Of a stretch of 64,000 nucleotides of DNA, positions 12,471 to 24,200 are shown one piece after another. Position 1 is the first letter of the stretch; the number at the start of each line of letters is the position of its first letter. The DNA is taken from positions 384,001 to 448,000 of the forward strand of contig CAWCKY010000006.1 in the NCBI GenBank assembly GCA_963796275.1, written 5' to 3'. The position numbers and the translations under genes were made by a program. The stretch is from an uncultured Acidobacteriota bacterium. GTDB taxonomy: Bacteria; Acidobacteriota; Blastocatellia; RBC074. Under the pieces are notes generated by a model, which was given only the letters and a program-made list of their open reading frames with translations, was not told the origin of the DNA and did no database searches.

Positions 12471-14172
12471 ATGCCAGAATCATATCCTTGAGCGCCGCGC
12501 CCGCGGGCACAATCGGGAAGACGTTTTCCTCACGCGCCACCTGCATCTCTATCAGCACGGGGCCCGGGATATTCAATCCCTTTTCAATTGCGTGGGTGAC
12601 TTCGGACTTCTTCGTCGCGCGTATTGCCGGGACATCGAATGCTTCGGCGAGTTTGACGAAATCCGGCGCGACCTCCAGATCGCTGTGCGAGTACGTGTGA
12701 GCGTAGAACTGTTCCTGCCACTGACGCACCATTCCCAGATAGCCGTTGTTGATCAGCAGAATCTTGACCGGGATGTTGTACTGCTTGACGGTCGCCAGTT
12801 CGTTAAAGCTCATCTGGAAACCGCCGTCGCCGACGACTGCGACTACCAGGTCTTTCGGACGCGCCACCGCGGCGCCCATGGCTGCGGGAAACCCATAACC
12901 CATGGCGCCCAGGCCGCCGGAATTGAGCCATTGCCGCGGCGCATCAAAACCGTAGAGTTGCGCCGTCCACATCTGATGCTGGCCGACATCGGCCGAGAGA
13001 ACCGCCTCCCCCTTCGTGATGCGATGCAGTTCATGTATCACATACTGCGGTTTGATTATTTCTCCCTCCTCCTCATATTTGAAGGGATGTTGGCGTTTCC
13101 ATTCGGCGATCTGATCGAACCACGCCCGGCGATCGGTCAGCTGTGCGCCTGTTCCGAGAAGGCGCGCGAATTCGGCCAGCATTTGCTGGCAAACGACCTT
13201 CGCATCACCGACGACGGGTATCTGAGCTTTGATGTTCTTGCTGATGCACGATGGGTCGATATCGACGTGGATGATCTTCGCCCCCCTGGCGAATTCGTCG
13301 AGCTTTCCCGTCACCCGGTCGTCGAAGCGCGCTCCGATCGAGATGATCAGATCGCTGTTATTGATGGCCATATTGGTCCAGTACCCGCCGTGCATGCCGA
13401 GCATCCCCAAACTTTGCGGATGGCTTGCCGGAAATGCGCCCAGCCCCATCAGCGTGCAGGTCACCGGAAGGTGAAGTTTTTCTGCGAGCGACTTCACTTC
13501 ATCGTACGCGCCCGCCGTGATCGCGCCGCCGCCGACGTACAGGACAGGCCGTTCGGCCTGCATCATTGCTTCGACTGCCTTCTTGATCTGCGTCGTATGG
13601 CCCTTGAGCGTCGGGTTGTAACTCCGCATCGAGATGGTTTCCGGGTAAACGAACTCGGAGACGTGAGCGGTCATATCTTTCGGCATGTCAACCAGCACAG
13701 GTCCGGGGCGTCCCGAGCCGGCTACGTAGAAGGCCTCCTTGATGGTCGGGGCCAGGTCTTCGACGTTTTTGACGAGGTAATTGTGCTTGGTGCAGGAGCG
13801 GGTGATGCCGGTTAGATCGGCCTCCTGAAAGGCATCGTTGCCGATCAGATGCGTCGGCACCTGACCGGTGAAGACGACCACCGGAATCGAATCCATAAAG
13901 GCATTCGCGATACCCGTCACCGCATTGGTCCCGCCGGGGCCCGATGTGACGAGCGCGACGCCGGTCTTTCCGGTCGCCTGCGCGTAGCCGGCGGCGGCGA
14001 ATAGCGCGCCCTGTTCGTGACGCACCAGATAATGAGTGATGCCGAGCCCCTCGGCGCTTTTCGCCATCTCGTCATAAATATGGAGCACCGCGCCACCCGG
14101 GTAACCAAATATGTGTTTGACATTTTCGCAACGCAATGCCTCGATCAGAATCCGTGCGCCTCGCATTTTCAT
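12469..14172 (-). CDS. ilvB: acetolactate synthase large subunit (biosynthetic)
   Basis: [35 protein letters not shown] and the GDGGFQM...NN ThDP motif. Confidence 0.98.
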   Translation of the reverse strand: MKMRGARILIEALRCENVKHIFGYPGGAVLHIYDEMAKSAEGLGITHYLVRHEQGALFAAAGYAQATGKTGVALVTSGPGGTNAVTGIANAFMDSIPVVVFTGQVPTHLIGNDAFQEADLTGITRSCTKHNYLVKNVEDLAPTIKEAFYVAGSGRPGPVLVDMPKDMTAHVSEFVYPETISMRSYNPTLKGHTTQIKKAVEAMMQAERPVLYVGGGAITAGAYDEVKSLAEKLHLPVTCTLMGLGAFPASHPQSLGMLGMHGGYWTNMAINNSDLIISIGARFDDRVTGKLDEFARGAKIIHVDIDPSCISKNIKAQIPVVGDAKVVCQQMLAEFARLLGTGAQLTDRRAWFDQIAEWKRQHPFKYEEEGEIIKPQYVIHELHRITKGEAVLSADVGQHQMWTAQLYGFDAPRQWLNSGGLGAMGYGFPAAMGAAVARPKDLVVAVVGDGGFQMSFNELATVKQYNIPVKILLINNGYLGMVRQWQEQFYAHTYSHSDLEVAPDFVKLAEAFDVPAIRATKKSEVTHAIEKGLNIPGPVLIEMQVAREENVFPIVPAGAALKDMILA

Positions 14173-14260
14173 AGGTATCTCCTCCTTCTTGATGGGAGAA
14201 ATCGTACCGCTCGCGGTACTGATCTCTTCGTCATCCGCTCCTTCCTCATATATTCACAAT

Positions 14261-14304
14261 CTAAAATCAAAACCCCGGCGGCCTTTTCAGCTCGCCGGGG
14301 TTTT
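14261..14304 (-). terminator. intrinsic terminator of the ilvB leader (attenuator)
   Basis: Minus strand AAAACCCCGGCG-agctgaaaaggc-CGCCGGGGTTTTGATTTT, about 90 nt upstream of the ilvB ATG. Confidence 0.85.
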
Positions 14305-14327
14305 GGATCTTGTAACCTTGTCGTTTC

Positions 14328-14420
14328 TCAGGTCGTCCAATCGGCGAGCAGATCGGGCCGGATCGCTACAGCGACTATGTTGATAATAATTACGCTAAGG
14401 ATCGGGCTGCCGGCTCGCAT
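14328..14420 (-). CDS. putative ilv operon leader peptide (Ile/Val-rich)
   Basis: MRAGSPILSVIIINIVAVAIRPDLLADWTT with clustered Ile/Val/Leu codons immediately before the terminator. The start could instead be the in-frame ATG at 14480. Confidence 0.75.
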   Translation of the reverse strand: MRAGSPILSVIIINIVAVAIRPDLLADWTT

Positions 14421-14594
14421 TCTCCCCGCGCTCGCAAAGGGCAGGGAAGTGTGAGTAAAGATTGAACGGCGATTCGTCATACGATTTACCGATGGAGGAT
14501 GGCGCTGAGCCATCAGAATTAGTACAGGCGTCAGTATATTGCATCGGAGATCGGGGTGTCCACATAATTGTTTTTATCAAAAAATAGATCCAGC

Positions 14595-15647
14595 TTATGC
14601 ATAGCGCCTGATGATCTCTCCCATCTCGCCGGTCGTGACGATCTTTGGCTGGCTCTTTAAATCGGGCGTGCCAAAACCCTCCTTGAGCGCTCTTTCGATA
14701 GCATCTTCGAGAGCCCTCGCTTCGCGCTCGAGCTTGCAGGTAAAGCGCAGGAGCATCGCTGCCGAAGCGATTGCCCCGAGCGGGTTGGCGATCCCTTTTC
14801 CCGCAATGTCCGGAGCAGACCCGTGAACAGGCTCGTAGAGCTCGACCTTGCCGCCGATGCTCGCCGACGGAAGCATCCCGAGCGAGCCGGTCAGAACTGC
14901 CGCTTCGTCGCTCAATATATCGCCGAACAGGTTTTCGGTTACGATCACATCGTAGCTAGCCGGGCGCGTCACCAGCGCCATCGCGCAGGAGTCGACATAG
15001 CCGTGTTCGAGAGAGATGTCGGGGTAATCGGCCGCCACACGCGTCACGACTTTGCGCCATAGCTGTGAGCTCTCGAGCACATTGGCCTTGTCGATTGAGG
15101 TGACTTTCTTGCGCCGCCCGCGGGCGATCTCGAACGCGACGCGTGTAACCCGTTCGACCTCCGGCGCCGTGTAGACCATTGTGTTCAAACCAAGGCTATC
15201 TGTGATCTCCCGCGGCTGGCCGAAATAGGCGCCGCCCGCCAACTCGCGTACGATCAGTAAATCCGTGCCGCGCACGATCTCGGGTTTGAGCGGAGATGCC
15301 GCGATCAGAGGTTCGTGCAGAAATGCCGGGCGCAGATTGGCGAACACTCCGAGGCCAGCGCGTAGTCCGAGCAATCCGGTTTCCGGTTTAAGCTTCGGCG
15401 GATTGTCGTCGTATTGCGGCCCCCCGACAGCGCCGAGCAGCACGGCATCGCCCGAAAGGCATGCCTTCAAAGTTGCATCCGGCAGCGGCACGCCGGTCGC
15501 ATCGAGAGCGGCGCCGCCGATCGCATGGCTTGCGAATTCGAACTCGTGACCGAATTTTCGCGCGATTGTTTCAAGGCATGCGACAGCTTCGTGCGTCACA
15601 TCGACGCCGATACCGTCGCCCGGAAGGACTGTTATTCTGGCTCGCAT
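14595..15647 (-). CDS. leuB: 3-isopropylmalate dehydrogenase
   Basis: [39 protein letters not shown] and [13 protein letters not shown]. Start corrected to ATG 15647. Confidence 0.97.
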   Translation of the reverse strand: MRARITVLPGDGIGVDVTHEAVACLETIARKFGHEFEFASHAIGGAALDATGVPLPDATLKACLSGDAVLLGAVGGPQYDDNPPKLKPETGLLGLRAGLGVFANLRPAFLHEPLIAASPLKPEIVRGTDLLIVRELAGGAYFGQPREITDSLGLNTMVYTAPEVERVTRVAFEIARGRRKKVTSIDKANVLESSQLWRKVVTRVAADYPDISLEHGYVDSCAMALVTRPASYDVIVTENLFGDILSDEAAVLTGSLGMLPSASIGGKVELYEPVHGSAPDIAGKGIANPLGAIASAAMLLRFTCKLEREARALEDAIERALKEGFGTPDLKSQPKIVTTGEMGEIIRRYA

Positions 15648-15649
15648 CG

Positions 15650-16168
15650 TTAAGCAGTGCCCTTCGCTTTCTTCTGGATGTGGGGTAGCAGCCCCCCGTC
15701 TTCGATCAACTCGCGCGCGAAATCGCTCAGGGGAACGAAGGCCGCCTCGATCCCGCGCGTCAAATTGCGCAAACGGCCCGCTGCCAGATCGAGCTCGAGC
15801 TGGTCGCCGGTCTGCACGATTTCGACGGCCTCCGGGCATTCGATCGCCAGAAACCCGTTATTGATGGCATTGCGAAAGAATATGCGTGCATAACTCCTGG
15901 CGATAACCGCGCGCACTCCGGCTCCGCGCAACGCCCAAACCGCATGTTCGCGCGAAGAGCCGCAGCCGAAGTTGTCTCCCGCGATCAGGAAATCGCCGGA
16001 TTTGACCCGTTTGATAAAATCCGTGTCGATATCTTCCATAGCGTGCTTTGCAAGCTCTTCCTCTTCGTGAACGACGAGATAGCGTGCGGGAATGATCTCG
16101 TCCGTATTGATATGCGCGCGTTCGAAAACGTGCGCCGCGCCTTTCAGATTGGTTGGTAGTTCTGGCAT
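15650..16168 (-). CDS. leuD: 3-isopropylmalate dehydratase small subunit (short type)
   Basis: [34 protein letters not shown] and GGLL. Confidence 0.95.
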   Translation of the reverse strand: MPELPTNLKGAAHVFERAHINTDEIIPARYLVVHEEEELAKHAMEDIDTDFIKRVKSGDFLIAGDNFGCGSSREHAVWALRGAGVRAVIARSYARIFFRNAINNGFLAIECPEAVEIVQTGDQLELDLAAGRLRNLTRGIEAAFVPLSDFARELIEDGGLLPHIQKKAKGTA

Positions 16169-16279
16169 GGTTTAACCGTTGAGATTACTCAATTGATGAC
16201 AGTTCGGCGAATACCCGTTCGCAGCCGATCGCGGCACTGATTGTTTTGGCTCTCCTTCTACCCATTCGCACATAATTCG

Positions 16280-17545
<1,266 letters not shown>

Positions 17546-17560
17546 AGAAAACTCCCAAGA

Positions 17561-17670
17561 CAGTTTTCAGTTTTCAGTTTCAGTTTTCATTCGCCTGAAC
17601 TGTGGCAACGATGAGCGAACTGAAAACTTAAATGAGCGAACTGAAAACTTAAACTGAAAACTGAAAACTA
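17561..17670. repeat. inverted heptamer array hairpin between leuA and leuC, including a 21-bp duplication
   Basis: (CAGTTTT)n followed by ATGAGCGAACTGAAAACTTAA twice and then (CTGAAAA)n. Confidence 0.8.
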
Positions 17671-19209
17671 TCAACTATCAACTATCTTCTTCCTCTCTTT
17701 CGCATAAAGAGCCTTATTAACCGCATTGAGATATGCGCGAGCGCTGGCATCGACGATATCCGTGCTCGCGGCTTTACCGGTATACGACACGTCCTCGAAT
17801 TCGACGTGAACAAACACTTCACCGACGGCATCTTTACCGCGCGTTATTGAACGCACGGTGTAATCGACCAGGATTCCGCTCATTCCGATGATCTTGTCGA
17901 TCGCTTCGTAAACTGCGTTGACCGGCCCATCGCCGGCAGCAGTCTGCGTAACGCTCTCTTCGGATTTCGTATCTGCCAGGGTCACCAGAGCGGTCGCCAG
18001 CGCGGATGTGCCGGCCGTCGCCTGAACGGCGCGCAACTTATAGCGTTCGGGGATATTCGCAATGCCGTCCTGCATAATCGCGAGGAGGTCTTCTTCAAAT
18101 ATCTCTTTCTTCTGATCGGCGAGCTTGGTGAATAGTTTGTAAGCCTTGTCAAGTTCGGGACGGGAAAGCTGGTAGCCCATCTCTTCGTATTTTTTGTTGA
18201 GCGCGTGACGCCCCGAGTGTTTGCCCAGAACGATGTTATTTGTCTTCACCCCCACCGATTCGGGCGTCATGATTTCATAAGTCAGCCGATTCTGGAGCAC
18301 CCCATGCTGATGGATGCCCGCTTCGTGCGCGAACGCATTCTTGCCGACGATCGCTTTGTTCGGTTGGACCAGAACGCCGATGATGTTCGAGAGCGTCTGG
18401 CTGGAACGGTAGATCTCTTCGCTGGCGATTCCGGTCTCGAACGGCATCAGGTCTTTCCGCACGCGCAAGGCCATGACGATCTCCTCAAGCGAGGCATTGC
18501 CAGCTCGTTCTCCGATGCCGTTGACCGTGCATTCGATCTGCCTCGCCCCTGCCGCTACCGCGGCCAGCGAGTTGGCGACCGCCAGCCCGAGGTCGTTGTG
18601 GCAGTGTATGCTGATTATCGCCTTGTCGATATTAGGCACCCGTTCGCGCAGGGTAGTGATGATGCGCGTGTATTCCGAGGGGATCGTGTAGCCGACCGTA
18701 TCCGGTATATTGACGACCGTCGCTCCCTCATCGATCACCGCTGTGATCACCTCTACCAGATATTCAGGATCGCTGCGCGTCGCGTCTTCCGCCGAAAATT
18801 CCACGTCGTCGGTGAACCTCTTCGCCATCCGCACCGCATTGCAGGACATCTCCATCACCTCCGCGCGGCTCTTTTGCAACTTGTATTGAAGGTGAATGTC
18901 TGAGGTGGCTACGAAAGTGTGGATCCGCGGACGGGCGGCGTGTGAAAGCGCTTGCCAGGCGCGCTCGATGTCGTCCGAGGTCGTGCGACATAACGCCGCG
19001 ATGACCGGACGCCGGCAGGTCTTCGCAACTTCTCGCACGGCCGCGAAGTCGTCATCGGACGCGATCGGGAACCCCGCTTCAATAATGTCCACCCCGAGCT
19101 CGTCGAGCTGCCGCGCCATCCTTAACTTCTCTTCCAGGTTCATACTGCAGCCGGGCGACTGTTCACCGTCTCGCAATGTCGTGTCGAAGATCGAAACACG
19201 ATCGTTCAT
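17671..19209 (-). CDS. leuA: 2-isopropylmalate synthase
   Basis: [39 protein letters not shown] and LGKHSGR; strong SD (GGAGGGAGGA) before ATG 19209. Confidence 0.97.
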   Translation of the reverse strand: MNDRVSIFDTTLRDGEQSPGCSMNLEEKLRMARQLDELGVDIIEAGFPIASDDDFAAVREVAKTCRRPVIAALCRTTSDDIERAWQALSHAARPRIHTFVATSDIHLQYKLQKSRAEVMEMSCNAVRMAKRFTDDVEFSAEDATRSDPEYLVEVITAVIDEGATVVNIPDTVGYTIPSEYTRIITTLRERVPNIDKAIISIHCHNDLGLAVANSLAAVAAGARQIECTVNGIGERAGNASLEEIVMALRVRKDLMPFETGIASEEIYRSSQTLSNIIGVLVQPNKAIVGKNAFAHEAGIHQHGVLQNRLTYEIMTPESVGVKTNNIVLGKHSGRHALNKKYEEMGYQLSRPELDKAYKLFTKLADQKKEIFEEDLLAIMQDGIANIPERYKLRAVQATAGTSALATALVTLADTKSEESVTQTAAGDGPVNAVYEAIDKIIGMSGILVDYTVRSITRGKDAVGEVFVHVEFEDVSYTGKAASTDIVDASARAYLNAVNKALYAKERKKIVDS

Positions 19210-19412
19210 TCTTCCTCCCTCCACCTCTTTCGAGAATTTTCAGATTTCAAATTCTCAAATTTGAGCTGGTAAACATGGAATGTTCATTAATATTTCACCA
19301 CGGTCCGCGCAAGGGGCTACCAAATAACGCAAAAATATTGGACTGCGCACCATTATTCGCGCATCATAACACCTGTGGTTGCCCTTGCACAGTTTATAAT
19401 TTTTACGATAAC

Positions 19413-19427
19413 ATAAAACAGGCTTAT
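19413..19427. promoter_or_regulatory. putative LysR-type operator (ATAA-N7-TTAT)
   Basis: ATAAAACAGGCTTAT is a T-N11-A dyad in the AT-rich divergent region between leuA and the LysR transcription unit. Confidence 0.5.
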
Positions 19428-19634
19428 AGCTCCCACATGCTCCCAACGCTCCCAAAGCCCGATAAGAAGGGATGAGGCGTCGTAGATGGCGGCGCCCAGG
19501 AGACGACCAGAGCCAGAAAATGATAAAAATAGTTTCCGGCACTCAGAATTGGGGATTCAGTATTAAGTATTCAGTTGGAAGGGTCTCGATGGCGCAGTGA
19601 AAAAAGAGCTGGAGACTATGTACTGAGGGGTTAC

Positions 19635-20090
19635 GTGAAAAGCATCAAGCGATGGTGGATACAAGTAAGCGGGAAACTCTCGTTAGACCCGCGAGAGATT
19701 GAAGATGTGACCGCACGGGAGTTGCGCCGGATGATGAGGCGTTGCCCGGTATGTCGCGGAGACTTCACCCAGCATTTTTATACGCTGTTTGCGATGACGG
19801 TGGTCACAGACGATAGCAGTTTTCGGGTCAGACAATTCTTCAATGCATGCGATGACCGGGACTGGATGGAGGCGCAAAGGTTTCAGGAGTTCGATTCGGA
19901 ACAGGATGCGGTCCTCGCATATGTGATGAGATGCCACACCGGGCGAAAAGCCTTTCTCCTCGAACTGAGCCCGTTCGAATATTACGAACCGGATCGGTTG
20001 TTTGCCTTGTCACTTCTCGATAATGAGAGCGGTCAGACGCTCGACCATCATATCGAGGAGAAAAACTGGAGGAGATTGAGTTGGACTTAG
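19635..20090 (+). CDS. hypothetical protein with CPVC motif
   Basis: GAGGGG SD-like sequence before GTG 19635; the stop overlaps the LysR start by 10 bp; no family recognised. Confidence 0.55.
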   Translation: MKSIKRWWIQVSGKLSLDPREIEDVTARELRRMMRRCPVCRGDFTQHFYTLFAMTVVTDDSSFRVRQFFNACDDRDWMEAQRFQEFDSEQDAVLAYVMRCHTGRKAFLLELSPFEYYEPDRLFALSLLDNESGQTLDHHIEEKNWRRLSWT

Positions 20091-20968
20091 CGCAGCTTGA
20101 AATATTTTTATGCATAGCCGAGGAGAAGAGTTTTTCGCGTGCGGCCGAGAAGATGCTGCGGACGCAGCCGGCGCTCAGCATCGCGATCAAACGGCTCGAA
20201 GAGGAACTGGGCGAACCTTTGTTCGACCGCAGCAGCAAATCGGGCACCTTGACCGAGGCGGGAAGGATCCTCCTCTCATACGCGCAGCGAATGATCAATA
20301 TGCGCGATGAGGCCAAGGAAGCGATCAGCGAATTGCGCGGGATGTTTCGCGGGCGCCTGACGATCGGCGCCAATGAGAGTACTTCGCTCTATCTCCTGCC
20401 CAAACTCCTGCTCGAATACAGAAGACGGCATCCGCAGATTAAGATCGCGGTCTTTCGCAATATTTCCGAAAAGATCCCTCTGGAGGTATTGGAGAGGAAC
20501 CTCGATTTCGGATTTCTTTCCTTTGATCCCATGCATCCGTCGTTGCAGTCTCTCGAAGTCCATCGCGATGAGCTGGTCCTGGTCGTCCCCCCGAAGCATC
20601 AGCTGGCTGGCCGCAAACAGGTGTCGGTGAAGGATCTCGGTGAGGAACATTTCGTCGCGCACAACGTCAAGACACCCGCCCGCACGCGTATCTTCGACTT
20701 CTTCGCGCATCACCGCACGCCGCTCAACATCAGCATAGAGCTGGCAACGCTCGAGACGATCAAGGAATTCGTCAAGCTCGAAGTCGGACTCGCCATCCTA
20801 CCGCGACTCGCCGTCGAGGAGGAGATCAAATCCGGCGACCTCATCGAAGTCCCGGTCAAAGGGATGAAGATAGAGAAGACCTTGAGACTGGTCTACCGGC
20901 GCGAGCAGACCCTTTCACACGCGGCCAAGTCGTTTCTGGAGCTGGTAAAAGGGCCAATTAATGGATAA
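20081..20968 (+). CDS. LysR family transcriptional regulator
   Basis: N-terminal [37 protein letters not shown]; GGAG SD before TTG. Confidence 0.96.
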   Translation: MDLAQLEIFLCIAEEKSFSRAAEKMLRTQPALSIAIKRLEEELGEPLFDRSSKSGTLTEAGRILLSYAQRMINMRDEAKEAISELRGMFRGRLTIGANESTSLYLLPKLLLEYRRRHPQIKIAVFRNISEKIPLEVLERNLDFGFLSFDPMHPSLQSLEVHRDELVLVVPPKHQLAGRKQVSVKDLGEEHFVAHNVKTPARTRIFDFFAHHRTPLNISIELATLETIKEFVKLEVGLAILPRLAVEEEIKSGDLIEVPVKGMKIEKTLRLVYRREQTLSHAAKSFLELVKGPING

Positions 20969-21078
20969 TGGATAATGGATAATGGATAATGGATAATGGA
21001 TAATGGATAATGGATAGTTGATAGTTCGTATACACCGTGGCAACAATCTATACGAATTATCAATTATCCATTATCAAT
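20961..21078. repeat. heptamer tandem repeat (ATGGATA)x8 with inverted partner (TATCAAT/TATCCAT)
   Basis: Perfect 7-bp array overlapping the LysR stop codon; complementary arm at 21056-21078. Confidence 0.9.
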
Positions 21079-21250
21079 TCTCTTGACATAGCAATTCTCA
21101 CTGAGCAAGAAGATCGAGCAGGAGTTGGTTCGAAGACATATACAGGTATATTGCGTATTCAGCATTGAGGAGAGTCTTAGCCTGAAGCTGTAATTTTCAC
21201 ACTCTTCAATCTCGAATCAATACATTCACTACTACACCCACTCTAAGAAC

Positions 21251-24200
21251 ATGAAACTCCGAAAAGTCGCGTATCTCTTAAGCACATTGCTCTTATGCGC
21301 AGCAGCCCTCAAGCTCGCGCAGCCGTCCCTGGGCTCGATGATCCAGCAATCGCCAGCGCCGCCGTCTCTCATGGAAAACCTTGGCCGCGGCGTGGTTGCC
21401 GTCCGAACTACGACCTCATCGGTCTTCGTCGGTTGGCGGCTGCTCGGTACCGATCCCCCGGATACCGCCTTCAACCTTTATCGTTCAACTGGCGGAGGTG
21501 AGCCGGTGCTTCTCAATCCGGAGCCCATCGCCGATGTAACGCAATTCGTTGACGGTATGGCGGACCTCACACAGGCGAACGTCTATTCGGTACGCCCGGT
21601 CATTTTCGGCCTCGAGCAGCCGTCGGGAGGGGCTTTCACGTTACCGGCTGACGCTGCGCTCCAACAATATCTGCGGGTCCCGCTGCAGGTGCCGCCGGGA
21701 GGGACGACGCCGGCGGGCGAGGCATATACCTACAGCCCGAACGATTCCAGCGCGGGCGATCTCGATGGCGATGGCGAATACGAGCTCGTGGTCAAATGGG
21801 ATCCCTCGAATGCGAAGGACAATTCGCAGGCAGGCTACACAGGCAATGTCTACCTCGACGCATATAAGCTCGACGGCACCCGTCTCTGGCGCATCGACCT
21901 CGGTCGCAACATACGCGCCGGCGCGCACTACACCCAGTTCCAGGTCTACGACCTCGACGGAGACGGCAGAGCCGAGGTCGCATGCAAGACAGCGGATGGC
22001 ACCATCGACGGTGCCGGAACGGCGATCGGAGATGCAAACGCCGATTTCCGCAACGAAGGGGGATATATCCTGGGTGGGCCCGAATTCCTCACTGTCTTCG
22101 ACGGCTTGACCGGCGCTGCGCTTGCGACCGCGAGCTACGTCGTACCGCGCGGCGTTGTCGATAACTGGGGCGACAACTATGGCAATCGGGTGGATCGTTT
22201 CCTGGCAGCCGTAGCATATTTGGACGGCCAGCGACCGAGCCTCATTATGTGCCGTGGTTATTACACGCGGGCAGTGATCGCCGCGTGGAACTGGCGCGAC
22301 GGAGCGCTCACCAACATCTGGACGTTCGATACCGGCGACACGGGAACTCAGAATCAATATGCTGCCTGGCGCGGCCAGGGCAACCATAACCTCAGCGTCG
22401 GCGATGTCGACGGAGATGGGAAGGACGAGATCATGTACGGCTCTGCCGCCATCGATGACGATGGTGGCGGTCTTTTCTCAACCGGTTGGGGGCACGGCGA
22501 CGCGCTCCACATGTCGGATATGGATCCTGATCGGCCGGGCCTGGAAGTTTTCCAGCCGCACGAGAGCCCCACTAGTTACGGGCCGAACGGCGCCGAGTTC
22601 CGCGACGCGCGCACCGGTGCGCTGATCCTCGGCGTGCAGGCATCCGGGGATATCGGCCGCGGGCTCGCGCTCGACGTCGATCCGCGTTACCGAGGTTATG
22701 AGATGTGGGCTTCCGGCAGCGCGGGCGGAATGTACACGGCGCAGTTGTCCACGCCCAATGCCGTGCTGGGAGCGCGCGGCGTCGAGATCGCGTCGGCCAA
22801 GCCCTCGATCAATTTTGGCCTGTGGTGGGACGGCGATTTGCTGCGCGAACTGCTCGATGGCACGGCTATCACCAAATGGGACTGGCTCGCGGGAAACACC
22901 AGCAGTCTGCTGTCTGACTCGGGTATCTCATCTAACAATGGAACCAAGGCTACGCCGGCATTGAGCGCCGACATCCTCGGCGATTGGCGCGAGGAGGTGA
23001 TCTGGCGCGAATCGAATAACTCTGCGCTGCGCATTTATACGACCACGATCCCGACGACATTCCGTTTCTACACGCTGATGCACGACCGCCAGTATCGGGA
23101 GGCGATCGCTTGGCAAAATACCGGATACAATCAACCGCCGCATCCGAGTTTCTACATGGGCGACGGTATGGCGCCGCCGCCGGTCCCCCATATCGTCACA
23201 TCGCTCGATACGCTTCTCGGCCCCGCCGCGCCGGTATTTACTGCCATCGATACGGACGCCGGGCGTTCGGCTGGTGATACCGTCACAAACGACCCCACGA
23301 TCGTGCTGTACGGAACGTCAGCGCCGAACACGACAGTAACGGTGACTCGGTTTGGCGTGGGTGCGATCGGCGCCATCACCGCCGACGCCGCCGGGAATTG
23401 GGCGATCGATTACACCGGAACCTCGCTGCCGGGCGGTAATGCCTTTTTCACCGCGACTGCCACCGACGCAAACAGCAGGACGGGCGCGCCGACGCCGCCG
23501 TTCCGCGTGACGATCGACCTCGTTCCGCCGGGAGCGCCTGCCATCGCCGATATCGCCGATGAGCTCAATTTCACGGGGACGGCCGAACCGGACAGCATGA
23601 TCAGCATCACTCGCACCGGATCGGGCGCGATCGGCGCCGCCACCGCCGACGCTTCCGGCGTCTGGACGCTGGCTTATTCCGGCCCGCCGCTCGATCCAGG
23701 CAGCCATTCCTTCACCGCAACGGCAACGGACCTGGCAGGGAATACGGGACCGGCCTCTGCGATATCGACCATCGATACGACTGTGGCTGCGCCCGTCATC
23801 TCTATGATCAGCGACGATACCGGATCATCTCCGACTGACGGGGTCACGAGCGACAGCACCCTCGTATTGAACGGGACTGCGACAGCCGGCCATACCGTCA
23901 CCGTGAAGATACAGGGGGGCGCAGCGCTCGGCGCCGCGACCAGCGATGGGAGCGGCCAATGGAGCCTTGACTACACGGGCAATATTCTTTCCGATGGCGC
24001 TTACGTAATTTCCGCCTCGGCGAGCAACGGAACGGGGACCAGCCTCTCGTCCAGGGCATTTCCGGTCAGGATTGACACGGCTGCTCCGGCGGTTATTTCG
24101 GTGAACCGCCAAAATCCGACGGCGGCGATCAGCAGCGCCGACACCATAACTTTTCGGGCATCATTCAACGAGGCGGTGGTTGGAGCTGGCGATTCCGATT

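Noticed and set aside
12592-13815. Long antisense ORFs (407 aa here; also 5402-6364, 9018-10031, 54504-55319 and others)
   Set aside because: They are shadows of well-conserved genes on the opposite strand in GC-rich DNA, with no recognisable motifs.
15648-15839. ORF-track N-terminal extension of leuB
   Set aside because: It overlaps leuD; the conserved LeuB start is at 15647.
19255-19542. Possible leuA leader peptide
   Set aside because: No Leu-codon cluster and no terminator hairpin before leuA.
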